DNA of 64,000 bases from Octopus vulgaris (taxonomy: Eukaryota), in assembly GCA_951406725.2 (NCBI GenBank), contig OX597816.1, positions 52,700,001-52,764,000 of the forward strand, in the 5' to 3' direction. A program made the translations under genes and the position numbers. The notes beneath the pieces were generated by a model, which was not told where the DNA came from, ran no database searches, and saw only the letters and a list, made by a program, of their open reading frames with translations. Positions 37,512 to 51,410 of this stretch are shown here, in pieces. Position 1 is the first letter of the stretch. Each line of letters starts with the position of its first letter.

Positions 37512-38059
37512 TAATACTGAACAGTGAGAATGAGTGCTCAATAACACACTAGTGGATAAATATTCTGTATTTATGGGTCAACAAGGTAATCAATAGTTTC
37601 ATATGGAGAGAAATCTTGGATGAAAATGTTCCCATCCAAGATGGAGATGTGTACCAACGTTCCCATGTAACAGGCTTGATTACTGTTGAAAGATTTCTCA
37701 CAACATGAAACCACTGGTAGCCTTTTTAACTCACAAATAAAGTGTGTGTATATATATATACACATTATTATTATTAATATTATTAGATGATAAATTGCAT
37801 GGTATACCAGTAAAGCATGTTCCCTTTCACAATATTCTTTGGGTATTTGATTAATGTGAAAGATGGAAAATGGAAGATATGAGAATGTTTTTTAATCACT
37901 AGAATTGTTTTGACCCATCTTGCATGGGATACTTAAGTGATTTAAGAGTATCCATTGGTATAGATGTATATCTTCGGGTGATTACAAGATGTATCGCATT
38001 AAAATAACGACTGTTCCATACATAGAAAAGCAGCAAATTATAGAATACAGCTTCATTTC

Positions 38060-38550
38060 CATCATCATCATCATCGTTTAATGTCTGCTTTCCTTGCTGG
38101 CATGGGTTGGACGATTTGACTGAGGGCTTATTTCTTTATTGCCTACAAGGAGCTAAACACAGAAGGGGCAAACAAGGACAGACAAAGGGATTAAGTCGAT
38201 TACATCGACCCCAGTGTATATCTGATACCTAATTTATCGACCCTGAAAGGATGAAAGGCAAAGTCGACCTCGGCAGAATTTGAACTCAGAATGTAACAGC
38301 AGACAAAATACTGCTCAGCATTTCGCCCGGCATGCTAATGATTGTGCCAGCTCACCACCTTCGATTTGACTGAGGGCTAGCAAGCCAGAAGACTGCACCA
38401 AGCTCCAGTCAGATTCAGATGCCCTTCCTAATGCCAACCATTCCGAGAGTGTAGTGGGTGCTTTTTATGTGCCAGTCAGGCAGTGCTTGCATTGACCATG
38501 ATTATATGGTGCTTTTTATGCAATGACCATGCTGAAATGGTGCTTTTTAC
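38060..38550 (-). mobile_element. SINE C with a nested SINE B (38129-38361) and a 17-bp TSD
   Basis: cgatttgactgagggct occurs on both sides of the B copy. Confidence 0.88.
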
Positions 38551-38818
38551 AAAGTTAGTAAGCTTCAAGCAGTCAATAGAAGGTATAAAAAACAACTTTC
38601 AGGAACAATAGTAGTTTATTGATATAGAAGTTTGTAGTTTTTTATCATATCGAAGTCCAATAAGCTGCAAAAAGTTATTTTATAGTTCATGGTTAGCAAC
38701 TAGGGTTGCTATACAGGCAAATGAAAATCCAAATTGAGAGAATGGAGCAAGTAAAATCCAGGCTACATATGTTTCCTAGCTAGCACAACCTCAGAAATAA
38801 TAATTACTCAATGAAGGT

Positions 38819-38855
<37 letters not shown>

Positions 38856-38890
38856 AATATACGTATATACATATATACATATATATATAC

Positions 38891-38925
<35 letters not shown>

Positions 38926-38994
38926 GATAGATAGATAGATAGATAGATAAATTGATAGATAGATACAATTGGATATCAAAATAAATAAAGCTAT

Positions 38995-39199
38995 ACTCTT
39001 TTACTGGTTCAGTCATGTGACTGTGGCCATGCTGGAGCGTCACCTTTAGTCGAGCAAATCGACCCCAGGACTTATTCTTTGTAAGCCTAGTACTTATTCT
39101 ATCGGTCTCCTTTGCTAAACTGCAAAGTTATGGGGACATAAACACCAGCATCAGTTGTCAAGCGAAGTTGGGGGTACAAACACAGATACACAAACATAT

Positions 39200-39242
<43 letters not shown>

Positions 39243-39407
39243 TACGACGGTCTTCTTTCAGTTTCCGTCTACCAAATCCATTCACAAGGCTTTGGTCGGC
39301 CCGAGGCTATAGTAGAAGACACTTGTCCAAGGTGCTACACAGTGGGACTGAACCCGGAACCATGTGGTCCATAAGCAAGTTACTTACCACACAGCCACTC
39401 CTATGCC
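38995..39407 (-). mobile_element. SINE family A
   Basis: Reverse complement of family A. Confidence 0.9.
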
Positions 39408-40042
39408 TATAAATAATAGGATGTATAACACTGGGCTAAAAAGCACTTGACCAGAAGTAGTTGAAGGCTATCCCTTTGCCAAGTGATTTTTGAATCCAAT
39501 GTTCTGCACACAACTCTTTGTTTCATTATCTTTGAATTCCACCTCTAACAAAAAAAAAAAAAAAGAGTTATTTCATCTGTTTAGCACTTATACACAGCCA
39601 TGCGAATATTATTTAGGTTACCAATGAAAAGTTGATGACTATCCAGGTGTTTTGTGTCATAAATCTTTTAGTGGATTGGAGAGAGAATGGTGTATCCACT
39701 GTTGCTTGTATGTTCAGTCATATGGTGGAAGAAAAGCTAACCAGTAGAGAACACACTGATATTTTTCATTCAATTAATGTTTCTGTAGCCTAAATCATCA
39801 ATTATTTCCTCACTATTAAGTACTCAAACTTATTGATAACTATCACAATTTCTGTTATATTTGCTAAAACAGAATAAGCTTTTTGTTACAGGGAAGATGG
39901 TTTTTACCGAGATAAAAATGGGAATATAGTATTCTTGAATACTCTTTTTTGTTTAAACCAGTAGCATAGTTCTAGCAATGAATGTATGAATGAATGACTG
40001 TTTGTCAAAATCTATGTATGTATGTATGTTACTCTCTTTTAT

Positions 40043-40408
40043 TACTCTTTTACTTGTTTCAGTCATTTGACTGCGGCCATGCTGGAGCACCACCTTTAGT
40101 CGAGCAAATCAACCCCAAGACTTATACTTTGTAAGCCTATTACTTATTGCATTGGTCTCTTTTGCCAAACCGCTAAGTTACGGTGACGTAAACACACCAG
40201 CATCAGTTTTCAAATGATGTAGGGACAAACACAGACATACAAACACATACATATACATATATATGACAGGCTTCTTTCAGTTTTCGTCTACCAAACCCAC
40301 TCACAAGGCTTTGGTCAGCCCGATGCTATAGTAGAAGACACTTGCCCAAGGTGCCATGCAATGGGACTGAACCCAGAACCATGTGGTTCATAAGAAAGCT
40401 ACTTACCA
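40043..40408 (-). mobile_element. SINE family A
   Basis: Reverse complement of family A. Confidence 0.9.
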
Positions 40409-41074
40409 ATGTATGTATGTATGTATGTATGTATGTATGTATATATGTGTGCGTGTGTGTATGTGTATGTATGTATGTATGCATGTATGTATGTATGGTT
40501 GTATATATGTATTGCATAGTTTTGTAAGAACTCATAAGATATACCTGCCATCCTTGAAAAGCAAGCATATTAAATAACTGCCTAATAAAACATCTAGTGT
40601 GATACCAATAGGCAAGATCAGCTGTAATGGATCTATAGTACAGTGTACTTTGATTAGTGTGTGTGTGTATGTGTGTGCATGTGTGTACTGAGAGAGGGAG
40701 AGACAAAGACAGATCTATTGATGGACAGACAGATAGATAGATAGGTAGACAGACAGATAAATACATATATTGGTATAGGTGTAAGGGTGTGTGTGTGTGA
40801 CGCAAAATGTACAACAAGTATATTTTACATCTATTGACAAAAAATGAGGGAACTTCTATGAAGTTACTTAAACAGCTAGATATAACAACCAAATCTCTCT
40901 TAAATTACTTTCTACTGTTTTAAAAAATGAAATGACAGCTATAATGTAGTCATATCATGAAAATATGGAATGGTTATAAGTAGAACAGCTTTGATCATAA
41001 ATCTGCTTGATCAGGGCAGCCCTAGGGCTAAACAGGAGTAACAGCAGCTAACATCAAATGTCTTTCAATGCAAT

Positions 41075-41203
41075 ACTCTTTTACTCTCTTGTACTCTTTT
41101 ACTGAACTGCTAATGTTGCGGGGAATGTAAACACACCAGCATCAGTTGTCAGGCGATGTTGGGGGGACAAACACAGATACATAAACATATACACACACAT
41201 ACA

Positions 41204-41272
<69 letters not shown>

Positions 41273-41430
41273 GACGGGCTTCTTTCAGTTTCTGTCTACC
41301 AAATCCACTCACAAGGCTTTGGTCGGCCCGAGGCTATAGTAGAAGGCACTTGCCCAAGATGCCACACAGTGGGACTGAACCCGGAACCATGTGGTTGGTA
41401 AGCTAGCTACTTACCACACAACCACTCCTG
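41075..41430 (-). mobile_element. SINE family A with an internal deletion and a (CT)(TA) tract
   Basis: Reverse complement of family A. Confidence 0.85.
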
Positions 41431-42924
41431 TTCCAAAGCCTTTTAGTAACAACATGGTCAAGATCACCCCTGGTTTTATGTTACAACCCTTTCTGTGTTA
41501 AAGCGGTCTCAATTAAAACATTCCCTCAAAATGTCTTTAATTTACGTTCCAAACACCAGAATCATAATAATAATAATATCGACAAAGTTATTTTACAAAA
41601 ATTCTTCCTTAGTATTTCTAAATTCATTGAAACAAAGGCAGAAATATAGTTAACAAATGGTTAAACCACATTTAGCATATTCAGAAGTCATCAACCAAAT
41701 ATGCTTACACTCCAAGAAATTTACTAAACAGCAAGTGACTGACTGAATTGCCCATAGCTTCTATTTCAGAAGCAGTATTAGAGTAATATTCAAAATGAAA
41801 ATAATTTATTGATGTAATTGAAATGTTCACCATATACAGAGAAAATTCCAACAAAGTTTGAAGTTCATTCTTAGTGAATAAAAACTAAAAAGAAAAAGCA
41901 CTAGTGTGAATGGTTCAAAGGATTTTTGGTATTAATTGTATGAAAATATTTCTTCATGCATAGTAAATATCAATTATTCCAAGAACTGCCACCAGCAGGT
42001 TATAAATGCCAATATTATAAAACCTGAGAAAGCAAAGTATTGGAAAATTTGTATCTGTATGGTTATATTTTACTCTGGTGCTAAAATGTGATCTATCTGA
42101 AGTTACTGCATTGATAATTAAAGATTATTGTTAATGCTACTACTACTACTACTACTACTACTACAATAACAATAATTGCTTCTAATATTAGCACAAGGCA
42201 AGAAATTAATTTGGAACAGGCTTAGTTAATTATATTAACCCAAGTACTGGTGTGGTATTTTATTTAATTGACCCTTGAACGATGAAAGGTAAAGTTGGCC
42301 TTAGCTGGATTTGAACTTAGATGTAGAATTGTGAAATTAAATTCAGCAAGGTATTTTGTCCAACATTCTAACAATTCTGCCATTTCACCACACCTACAGT
42401 AACAACTTATGATTTAGGCCTGAAACTTCAAAGTATACGTTAGTCATTTAAATTGACCAGTAAGTTGTTTTAGTATAGGTTAGTCAATTACTTGACCAGC
42501 AAGTTATTTTATTGACCCTGGAGAGGTGAAAAGCCAAGGAGAATTCAATAGGATTTTGAACTCAGAATAGATTATATACTACAAGGTATTTTTTCCAACA
42601 CTTTAACAGTTCTACCCTCTATAATAACAACAACAAAAGACTGCACCACACCTCAAAAAAAGAAAAAGAGAAACTGAGGCAATACATTACCAGGAAGAGT
42701 TTGTACACTCTCAACAACAAAAAAGAAACACAATGCTGTGTATACATCAGCAACACTGAAGTGTAGCAGGTGATGCAGGACGAATTTGCCTGAAACTACC
42801 AACTGTTGAATAATGATAACAACAACAACAACAATAGTAACCAAGGTTTCAAATTTTGGCATGAGGCCCATAAGTTCAAGATAAGGAGCAATTCAATTAC
42901 CTCAATTCCAGTACTTATCTGGTA

Positions 42925-43446
42925 CTGTAAATCCTCAAGTATAGTCCACCCTTGAGTATAATACGCAGGGGATTTTTAGGGGTCTGTACCTCTGAAAAAC
43001 CTAAACCTTGCATATAATACGTGCTCCTTCTCTAACTTGAGTTGTGCATAATTAAGCCAGCAGCACCTAGTCAAACAAACACTTCTGAGCATGCGTAATA
43101 CAATAATGGTGATGTTCTTAACTGTTATATGGGAATGTAAATATGTTTGCAAATTGTTTTTGTTACATGTTATTCTGTGTTCTGAATACTTAGATTTTAA
43201 TAAATGTTGCTTACTGCAAGTTATGGATGATTCTTTTATGACTTCATTGCTTTCAGGCTTACCTTAAGGTATTTTCGTACCTGTCATCACAAAATGCAGC
43301 TGAATAAACATTGCCGGTCAGCAAATAGAGACTTGGGCATTGCTTAGAAGATATTTTTCATTTTTAGCCTCGTATATAGTATGCACTAGGGATTTTGACC
43401 TTTAAATTTTTGGGGAAAAATGCAGATTATACTCAAAGATTTATGG
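42925..43446. mobile_element. pogo/Tc1-mariner-superfamily MITE inserted in an old SINE B
   Basis: TA|ctgtaaatcctcaagtata ... tatactcaaagatttatgg|TA. The SINE B core resumes after it. Confidence 0.8.
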
Positions 43447-43599
43447 TACTCATTTTATCAACCCTGAAAGAATGAAAGGCAAGATCAACCTCGGCAGAGT
43501 TTGAACTCAGAATGTAAAGACAGATGAAATGCCACGAGGCATTTTGCACTGTGTGCTAATGATTCTGCCATAATAATAAGAAAAAAGAAGGATTTACCA

Positions 43600-44215
43600 A
43601 AAATGGAGTTGAGAATGCTAATGAAGCATGATCACAAACAGCCAACGAGAGAGAAGAAACCCTACTCTGTGTGGAATTATATGGTCAGTTCTACACTGAA
43701 ACTAACAACTTAAAAAACAAGGAAGCATCATGGAGGTGGCTCAGCATGGGTGACCTTAAAAAAAAAAGACTGCCCAGGATCAGGCATTGTGAAAAAAAGG
43801 GATATATACTACACAAGTGCAATGAACTTCCGCTGAATGTGTGGGAAGAGTGTTGAAAGCATGACTCACATTGTTAGTACTTGTGAAGGTCTTGTGCAGA
43901 AAGAGTACAAGCACAAACATGACAAGGTAGCCCAAAACCTTCACTGGCTACAATGCCAGAAGTTATGGCTATGAGGTAATGGGTGCTTGGTACCAACATA
44001 TACCAGAAAAGGTAATGGATAAAAAGGGGAAGGCAAAAATTCTCTGGGACTTTGACTTCCAGACAGACAAGGTGTTAGAGCACCAAAGGCCAGATGTAAT
44101 GACCTTTAGGAGGGACAAACAAGAGTGCTGAATAATTGATGTAACAGAGTCAGATCAATATATTATCATGAAAGAAAGAGAAAAGATTGATAAATATGGA
44201 AACCTGAGAATTGAG
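43600..44215 (+). mobile_element. Decayed R4/Dong-like LINE (zinc knuckle plus RLE region)
   Basis: LYGQF...SWRWLSMGDLKK...THIVSTCEGLVQKEYKHKHDKVA...WYQHIPEKV...KILWDFDFQTDKVLEHQRPDV...EKIDKY across frameshifts. Confidence 0.85.
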
Positions 44216-44744
44216 TGTTGTCACGAAGTTTGCTTCTTAACCACATGGTTTTGGGTTCAGTTTCATTTCATGGCACATTGTGCAAGTTCTACTATAGCCT
44301 TGGGCCAACCAAAGCCTTATAAGAGGACCTGGTGTGTGTGTGCACGCATGTACATGTGTTTTTGCCTGTCTTGATATCATGCAATAGTTGTATTATTAAT
44401 TTCAAATCTTTGGTAGAAACATGTCCAACAATGGAAACAGGTGAATATTAAAGACAGGAAAGGCATCAGGCCATAAAAAATCTGCTTCAATAAATTCCAT
44501 CTGAGCCAATGAATTACAAGCATGAGATAGTGGATATTAAATTGAAGTTGATAAAGAAAATATATTAGACATCACACTAATACAACAAATGGCATCTTAG
44601 ATCTAGCTTAATATCATGTCATTCATGGATAGATGAACGAATTTCAAGTTGCATCATGTAAACATTGATATTCAAGGATTTTACTTGTATATATATATAA
44701 GAGTGTATAAAGATTAATACACCGAGAGAAGACCCTTGTATGTA

Positions 44745-44825
<81 letters not shown>

Positions 44826-44971
44826 ATTCCCAAAAACATTACACTGTCATGTGAAAGAGAAAGAATTATATCATAATGCATCACATGATAAATCTGAATA
44901 AAAAGTCAATAAACTGTCATTTCTAATAGAAGTTAGATCTATGCTGACATTTCAGTATATGTCACTGAATA

Positions 44972-45182
44972 GAAGGTGCCCATAAATTACATTTACAATT
45001 TGAAAAACTCAGAAAAAATTGAAAAATAAGGATAACTCAGAAGAGTTTACAGGAAAGCATAGGCAAACAAATAAAGTTTTATTCAAAATATCAGAACTTT
45101 TCCACATGGGCTCCAATGGCTTCACACAATACATCTAAATAATAAATTGTGGAAATTATAAAAATAATTTATGAACACCCTG
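44972..45182. mobile_element. Tc1/mariner-like MITE
   Basis: TA|gaaggtgcccataaatta ... taatttatgaacaccctg|TA. Confidence 0.65.
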
Positions 45183-46134
45183 TATTTCAGCTCAGCATGT
45201 TCTCAATTTAAACTGCCAGATCTTTGTATCGGCAATCTTTATTATAATTCTTTCATTCTTGTTTCATAACTTGTTTTATACAGTGAAAATCCTTCATTAG
45301 TTTATTATGTAATCAGTTGAATGAAATAAAAAAACTCACTAAAACTCACTAAAAAAAAACAAATAAATGATGCTATTAAACATTTGTAAGTTAAATGAAT
45401 ATAGCAAAAATCTATGTTCAAGTCAACAAGTGAAAATTCATTGTCAACTGGCGTCTAGAAACTTAATATTATTTTCATTCATCTTAAATAGTTCTTACTG
45501 TGTCAAAACATTATTAACATTATGTCTGCTCAGCACAACTAATATTGCAATACTATTCAGTTCTCAGTCATTCAAATATATTCATTTCAGCATTCTGTAA
45601 GAGAATTTTTATAATATTAATGGATTTTTAAAGATACTCTGCAGTATTATATTCCTGGTAACTGATAGCTAAGTACAAATTATTGCTAATAATATCTTCA
45701 TGAATAGAATACAGAGATTGAATTTATTCATTTGTTAAATGTCAGGTTTTTTTGGGTTTTTTTTTTCATGCTAGCTTGCATTCGATGAGTTTTACAGCTG
45801 GATACTCTTCCTGTCACCAACACTTAGCACAGTGTGGCTGGTTATACTGTCAACAAGTAATGTCAACATCATCACCTTTTCACTCAAGAGGCAGCAAGCA
45901 TGAATGATAATATTCTTACACATTTGCACATTGCATACTCACACCCACATATGCATATGTGTGTATATATAGGTGTATGTGTGCGTATCTTTTAAATTTG
46001 TTTATGGGAAACGTTTTGAATAAGCAAAGTTCCTATTCCATTATGCTGGCCACAGTCTAATGATGCTGATGAGCAACCCAGTTTTATGGGGTGGCATCAA
46101 GTCATACTGATATAATGTTGGATAAATATAATAG

Positions 46135-46520
46135 CTATTTCAAATTTTTGCAACATGGACAGCTTGTGGGATGTGGGGGTGAGTTGATTACATCAGTGTT
46201 CAACTGGTACATATTTTATCAACCATGGAAGGATGAAAGGCAAAGTTGACCTTAGTGGAATTTGAACTAGCGACAGGCAAAATAACTATTTCTTTACTAC
46301 CCACAAGGGGCTACACACAGAGGGGACAAACAAGGACAGACAAACAGATTAAGTCGATTATATTGACCCCAGTGCATAACTGGCACTTAATTTATCGACC
46401 CCGAAAGGATGAAAGGCAAAGTCGACCTCGGCGGAATTTGAACTCAGAATGTAGCGACAGATGAAATACCACCAAGCATTTCATCCAGGATGCTAACGAT
46501 TCTGCCAGCTCACCACTTCT
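46135..46520 (-). mobile_element. SINE family B dimer
   Basis: Full unit at 46286-46520 joined to a head-less, older-looking unit. Confidence 0.8.
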
Positions 46521-46530
46521 TAGGATAAAT

Positions 46531-46833
46531 ATAATAATAATAACAATAATCCTTTGATGGAACTCATAAGCATTTAATGCATCACTACATGTGATTCCAA
46601 AAATCACATGGCTCTTAAGATCACTGTCTGTATTCTTGGGATGATTACAACGTAGTCCATAGTATCTGTGGTCATCCGGTTGATCATTATCATTGATTCA
46701 TTTCTTCAGGCAATATAATATCCCAGGAATATGGACTGTGATCTTAGGAGTCATGTGATTTGTGGCAACATGTGCAGCGATGCATTAAATGTTTATCAAT
46801 TCCATCCAAGGATTATAATTATCATTATTATTA
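46531..46833. repeat. Imperfect palindrome with arms of about 105 bp
   Basis: taatcctttgatggaa...gtattcttgggat pairs with atcccaggaatat...ttccatccaaggatta. Confidence 0.8.
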
Positions 46834-47429
46834 TGTTTTCCTCAAATCCCAAAGTTTTCAACTTTCAACTCTATCTCACGATTTCGGCATTTGCTGTTTC
46901 AGTAATTTTTGTTGAGGAGAATCCCCTACGAATACTCTTCTACCTCGTGTTTGTCCCTCCCTCTCTCTCTCGCTCTCTCTCTCTCTCCCTCTTCGATTTA
47001 CCACCTAATACACCAACAGTCCCCCCCTAATCCCTAAAAAAATAATTGCTATTATTATTACTATTATCATTATTATTCTTATTATTATTATTCTTCTTAT
47101 TATTATTATTATTATTATTATTGTTATCATTATATATATATATATGATGGGCTTCCTACAGTTTCCCTTTACTGAGTTCACTCACAAGACATTGGTAGAC
47201 TCTGAGCTATAGCAGAAGACATTCATCCAAGTTGCCACACAGTACAATCAAACACAGTGGTTACAATCAATCAATGTAGTTGCAGATAAAAATTCTTAAC
47301 CACACAGAATATTAATTACAGAACTTATGGCTTCTGACATGTTTTTCTTCTACACCAGAATTATGAATGAAATTTTGGGTGGAGACCCATCATAAGCCAC
47401 TCATAGCTGGAAGTGGGATTTGTTGTTTA

Positions 47430-47850
47430 TGGAGTGGCTGTGTAGTAAGTAGCTTGCTTACCAGCCACATGGCTCCAGGTTCATTCCTTGGGCAAGTGTC
47501 TTCTGCCATAGCCTCGGGCCAACCAAAGCCTTGTGAGTGGATGTGGTAGATGGAAACTGAAAGAAGCCCGTCGTATATATGTATATATATATATATTTAT
47601 ATATATGTGCGTGTGTATGTATGTATGTATGTGTGTGTGTGTATATACCTGTGTTTGTCGCCCCAACATTGCTTGACAACTGATGGTTGTGTGCTTACAT
47701 CCCCGCAACTTAGTGGTTTGGCAAAAGTGACTGATAGAATAAGTAATAGGGTTCCAAAGAATAAGTCCTGGGGTTGATTTGCTCAAACTAAAGGTGGCGC
47801 TCCAGCATGGCCACAATGAAATGACTGAAATAAGTAAAAAGAGTAAAAAA
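47430..47850 (+). mobile_element. SINE family A
   Basis: Same structure as the copy at 10272. Confidence 0.88.
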
Positions 47851-48096
47851 AGAAAAAAGAGATCAGAGAAGCATTTGGCATATTTCATGTTTGTTGGTAT
47901 TAGCACTGATGATCACAGGTCAAACACAACTGAAAATCTCTACAATATCATTGGTATTCCAATCATGACCACTCCATTTATAATGTAAAAGAATCTAGTC
48001 TTGGAAGTATGACTGGTATGATATCACTCAGTGTGTGCTTGTAATAAAAGAAAAATCCTTACAACATGCATTCACTATGCATGTATGTATGTACGC

Positions 48097-48129
<33 letters not shown>

Positions 48130-48165
48130 TGTATGTATGTATGTATGTATGTATGTATGTACGTA

Positions 48166-49031
48166 TAGAACCAGCTATCTTGGTTGAAGGAACAATTCTG
48201 AAGGTAGTAGACAAGTTTGCTACCTGGGCAGCACACTCAGCCGTTCTTGCTCCCTGGATGAGGAAATATCTTTCAGGTTGCAGAGAGCAACTAATTCCTT
48301 CCAGTCTCTTCAGTCTCATGTCTGGTCTCAACATGGCATCGCAAGGAAAACAAAAGTTGCTGTGTACCGTGCTTGTGTACTGACATCGCTTCTCTCTCTA
48401 CTCATGTGAGACATGGACTCTGTATAAACGTCAGGTAAGGGTCTTTGAACGTTTTCATCAGAGATGTCTCAGACACATTCTCAATGTTGGCTGGACCTCA
48501 AAAATTCCAGACACACAGATCCTGAGAACAGCTGATATCTTGAGTATTGAGGCAATGGTGCATGAGCACCGGTTGCTTTGGACTGGACATCTTATTAGGA
48601 TAGAAGGATTCCTAAGCAGATTCTCTATGGAGAACTTGTGAATGGAAGGAGACTCCGGCACAAACCAAGGCTGCGATTTAAGGACTGTGTCAAGTCCTCA
48701 TTAAAGGCCTGTGATATGCAGGACACTGACTGGGAGAACAATGCCTCTCATTGCCACAGATGGAAGAAGCAAGTTAAGGAGGGGATCAACACTTTTGAGA
48801 GAGCACGTATCCAGCATGAAAAACTTAAGCGAGCTACGCGAAAGCACACGACTCGTATAGTGAATGGGGAAAGCTTGGTCTGCAATGTTTGCAGTCATGT
48901 ATGCTTGTCAAGAGCAGGGGTCATTAGCCACCAACAGAGCCACAAATGCAAAATATAAGTTAGTCCTAGAGCGCACAATGTTCCTGAAGATCGGCAATGG
49001 TCTTCCTCGGTCACGAGTGGACAGCCATCAT
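48166..49031 (+). mobile_element. 5'-truncated RTE (BovB-like) LINE with a C-terminal zinc finger
   Basis: LKVVDKF...LYSCETWTLYKRQVRVFERFHQRCLRHIL...KPRLRFKDCVKSSLKAC...CNVCSHVCLSRAGVISHQQSH, with frameshifts. Flanked by (TATG)n. Confidence 0.9.
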
Positions 49032-49209
49032 GTATGTATGTATGTATGCATGTATGTATGCATGCATGTATGTAAGTATGTATGAATCTATGTATGTATG
49101 TATGAATGCATGCATGCTTTTATCTGTACAAGCATCTAAGTATGCATGTATGTATATACACGCATGCAGATATTTCAAACAACCTTTACTGGTACTTTAT
49201 GTCCTTCAA

Positions 49210-50856
49210 AATTGTCAATAAATTGAGTGCAAACATTTTTCATAGATTTTCTCAATAATCTGTTCCAAGCTCCCTTTATTATTTTTACTGCATCCAGAAT
49301 ATTGAATGGTTTCCAAAATTATTGTAGCGGTGAGCTCTTTTCCTTGACAATAGCATTTATTAACTGATCAAATGTGTGCTGACTGTAATACACTTTAAAT
49401 ATTGCAATAAAGCCTTGATCCATTGGTTGCCAAAGTGATGTATTTGGCAACATACACATTAATCTAATCTTGGGATAGAAATATTGTAGAACTTGTGGAA
49501 GACAAGGTACATTATCTACAATCAGTAGCTTATGAAATGGAATATTTTTTTGCCTTGGCAATATTTTATTTTTTATTTTATACTTTGGAGATAAAGTGAT
49601 GAAAGAAACAAGCTCCAAACAGTGAAACAGTAACCAAAGCATGTTTTATTTGCTTTCCATATGACTGGTAATACTGCTTTTATGAAGATTATTAGTGCCT
49701 TTGAATTTTCAGCATGAAAATAGGCGCAGGAGTGGCTGTGTGGTAAGTAGCTTACTTACAAACCACATGGTTCCGGGTTCAGTTCCACTGCGTGGCACCT
49801 TGGGTAAGTGTCTTCTATTATAGCCTCAGGCCGACCAAAGCCTTGTGAGTGGATTTGGTAGACGGAAACTGAAAGAAGCCCGTCGTATATATGTATATAT
49901 ATATATATATGCGTGTGTATGTTTCTGTGTCTGTGTTTGTCTCCCTAGCATTGCTTGATAACCGATGCTGGTGTGTTTATGTCCCCATTACTTAACGGTT
50001 CGGCAAAAAGAGACCGATAGAATAAGCACTGGGCTTACAAAAAGAATAAGTCCCGGGGTCGAGTTGCTCGATTAAAGGCGGTGCTCCAGCATGGCCGCAG
50101 TCAAATGACTGAAACAAGTAAAAGAGTAAAGAGAGTATACACAAGCATGACGTTGACTTAGCGTTTTTAAGTTGCATTACCTCCAAATTTAATGCTAACA
50201 AATCTTTAGCTACTTTAAAATCTGACATCAATGATTTTTCTTTGGCAATGTAGTTTGCCAGCATGCACTTCCAAAATAGACATGTTTCATGCATACTATA
50301 AATTTGTGAAAGCATATAACTATATTCTGCTATTGTTTTTTCTTGTTTTAACAAGAATGGAGTTGCTATACGAATTTCAGCAATCACAACTTCTTTTTGC
50401 ATTATATATTATGCCAACCAGTTCATTTTTTACATTTCTAAAACCAAGCATTGCTTGCAGTAAATATTTCATCATAATAGCCTTCTTTCTTATCATTAAG
50501 CAACTTAAAAATAGATAAGGTTTCAGCACAAACAATAGCTTGCATACTAAACATGTTTAATCACAGCACTTGTTCAATTGTCCGTGTTGATAAATGCATT
50601 TTCACGTGAACAATAAGGCTTATCACTTCTTTTTGCCATGTTCTATCAAGAAGTGAATATTTGTAATTTCATTCAAATATTTTTCTTTGTCCATTAAAAT
50701 CATTAATACAGTTAAAAATTTTTGAACCTAAATCTTTAATGATTCTTCCAGCACTTCGTTCCTTTATGATCTTATATTTTACTTCTGAAGTTATTGTTTT
50801 CCATTTCTTTGTATTTTCTATAGCATTCCCTCCTTATAATCTTTGCATTTTGGCAT
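49210..50856 (-). pseudogene. Decayed Tigger/pogo transposase (CENP-B-type HTH plus DDE_1), split by a SINE A
   Basis: KTITSEVKYKII; QIYSMHETCLFWKCM (NxDETGLFWK-like); LLIVDN...LPNTSLWQPMDQGFIAIFKVYY. Confidence 0.88.
49723..50136 (+). mobile_element. SINE family A, full length, close to the apparent consensus
   Basis: Head ggcgcaggagtggctgtgtggtaagtagc...ggttccgggttcag. Confidence 0.92.
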
Positions 50857-51013
50857 ATTGGAAGCAGGTAGCATAATCAAAATGAATTCAACATGATATG
50901 CTGTGGTTTATAGCTAGAATTAACCGAAAAATCACCCATCTAGCTCAAAAAGTAGCTATAAGAAATGCATTTTATTAAAGAATTATTATAACAAATTTAA
51001 ATATAGATTCTTT

Positions 51014-51410
51014 TGGCTGTGTGGTAAGTAGCTTGCTTACCAACCACATGGTTCTGGGTTCAGCCCCACTGCATGGCACCTTGGGCAAGTGTCTTCTACT
51101 ATAGCCTCGGGCCGACCAAAGCCTTGTGAGTGGATTTGGTAGACAGAAACTGAAAGAAGCCTGTCGTATATATGTATATATATGTGTGTATGTGTGTGTA
51201 TATGTTTGTGTGCCTGTGTTTGTCCCCCCAACATCGCTTGACAACTGATGCTGGTGTGTTTACGTCCCCCGTAACTTAGCGGTTCGGCAAAAGAGACCGA
51301 TGCAATAAGTACTAGGCTTACAAAGAATAAGTCCTGGGGTCAATTTGTTTGACTAAAGGCAGTGCTCCAGCATGGCCACAGTCACATGACTGAAACAAGT
51401 AAAAGAGTAA
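51014..51410 (+). mobile_element. SINE family A
   Basis: Same structure as the copy at 49723. Confidence 0.9.

Noticed and set aside
37571-37765. CEKSF motif suggesting a C2H2 finger
   Set aside because: Cys/His spacing is absent and there are no neighbouring fingers.
40326-40892. Longest ORF (188 aa)
   Set aside because: It runs through microsatellites and a SINE and has no domain motif.
49723-49795. tRNA-like sequences at SINE heads
   Set aside because: A/B-box-like motifs continue into SINE bodies. I could not build a full cloverleaf, so they are not called tRNA genes.
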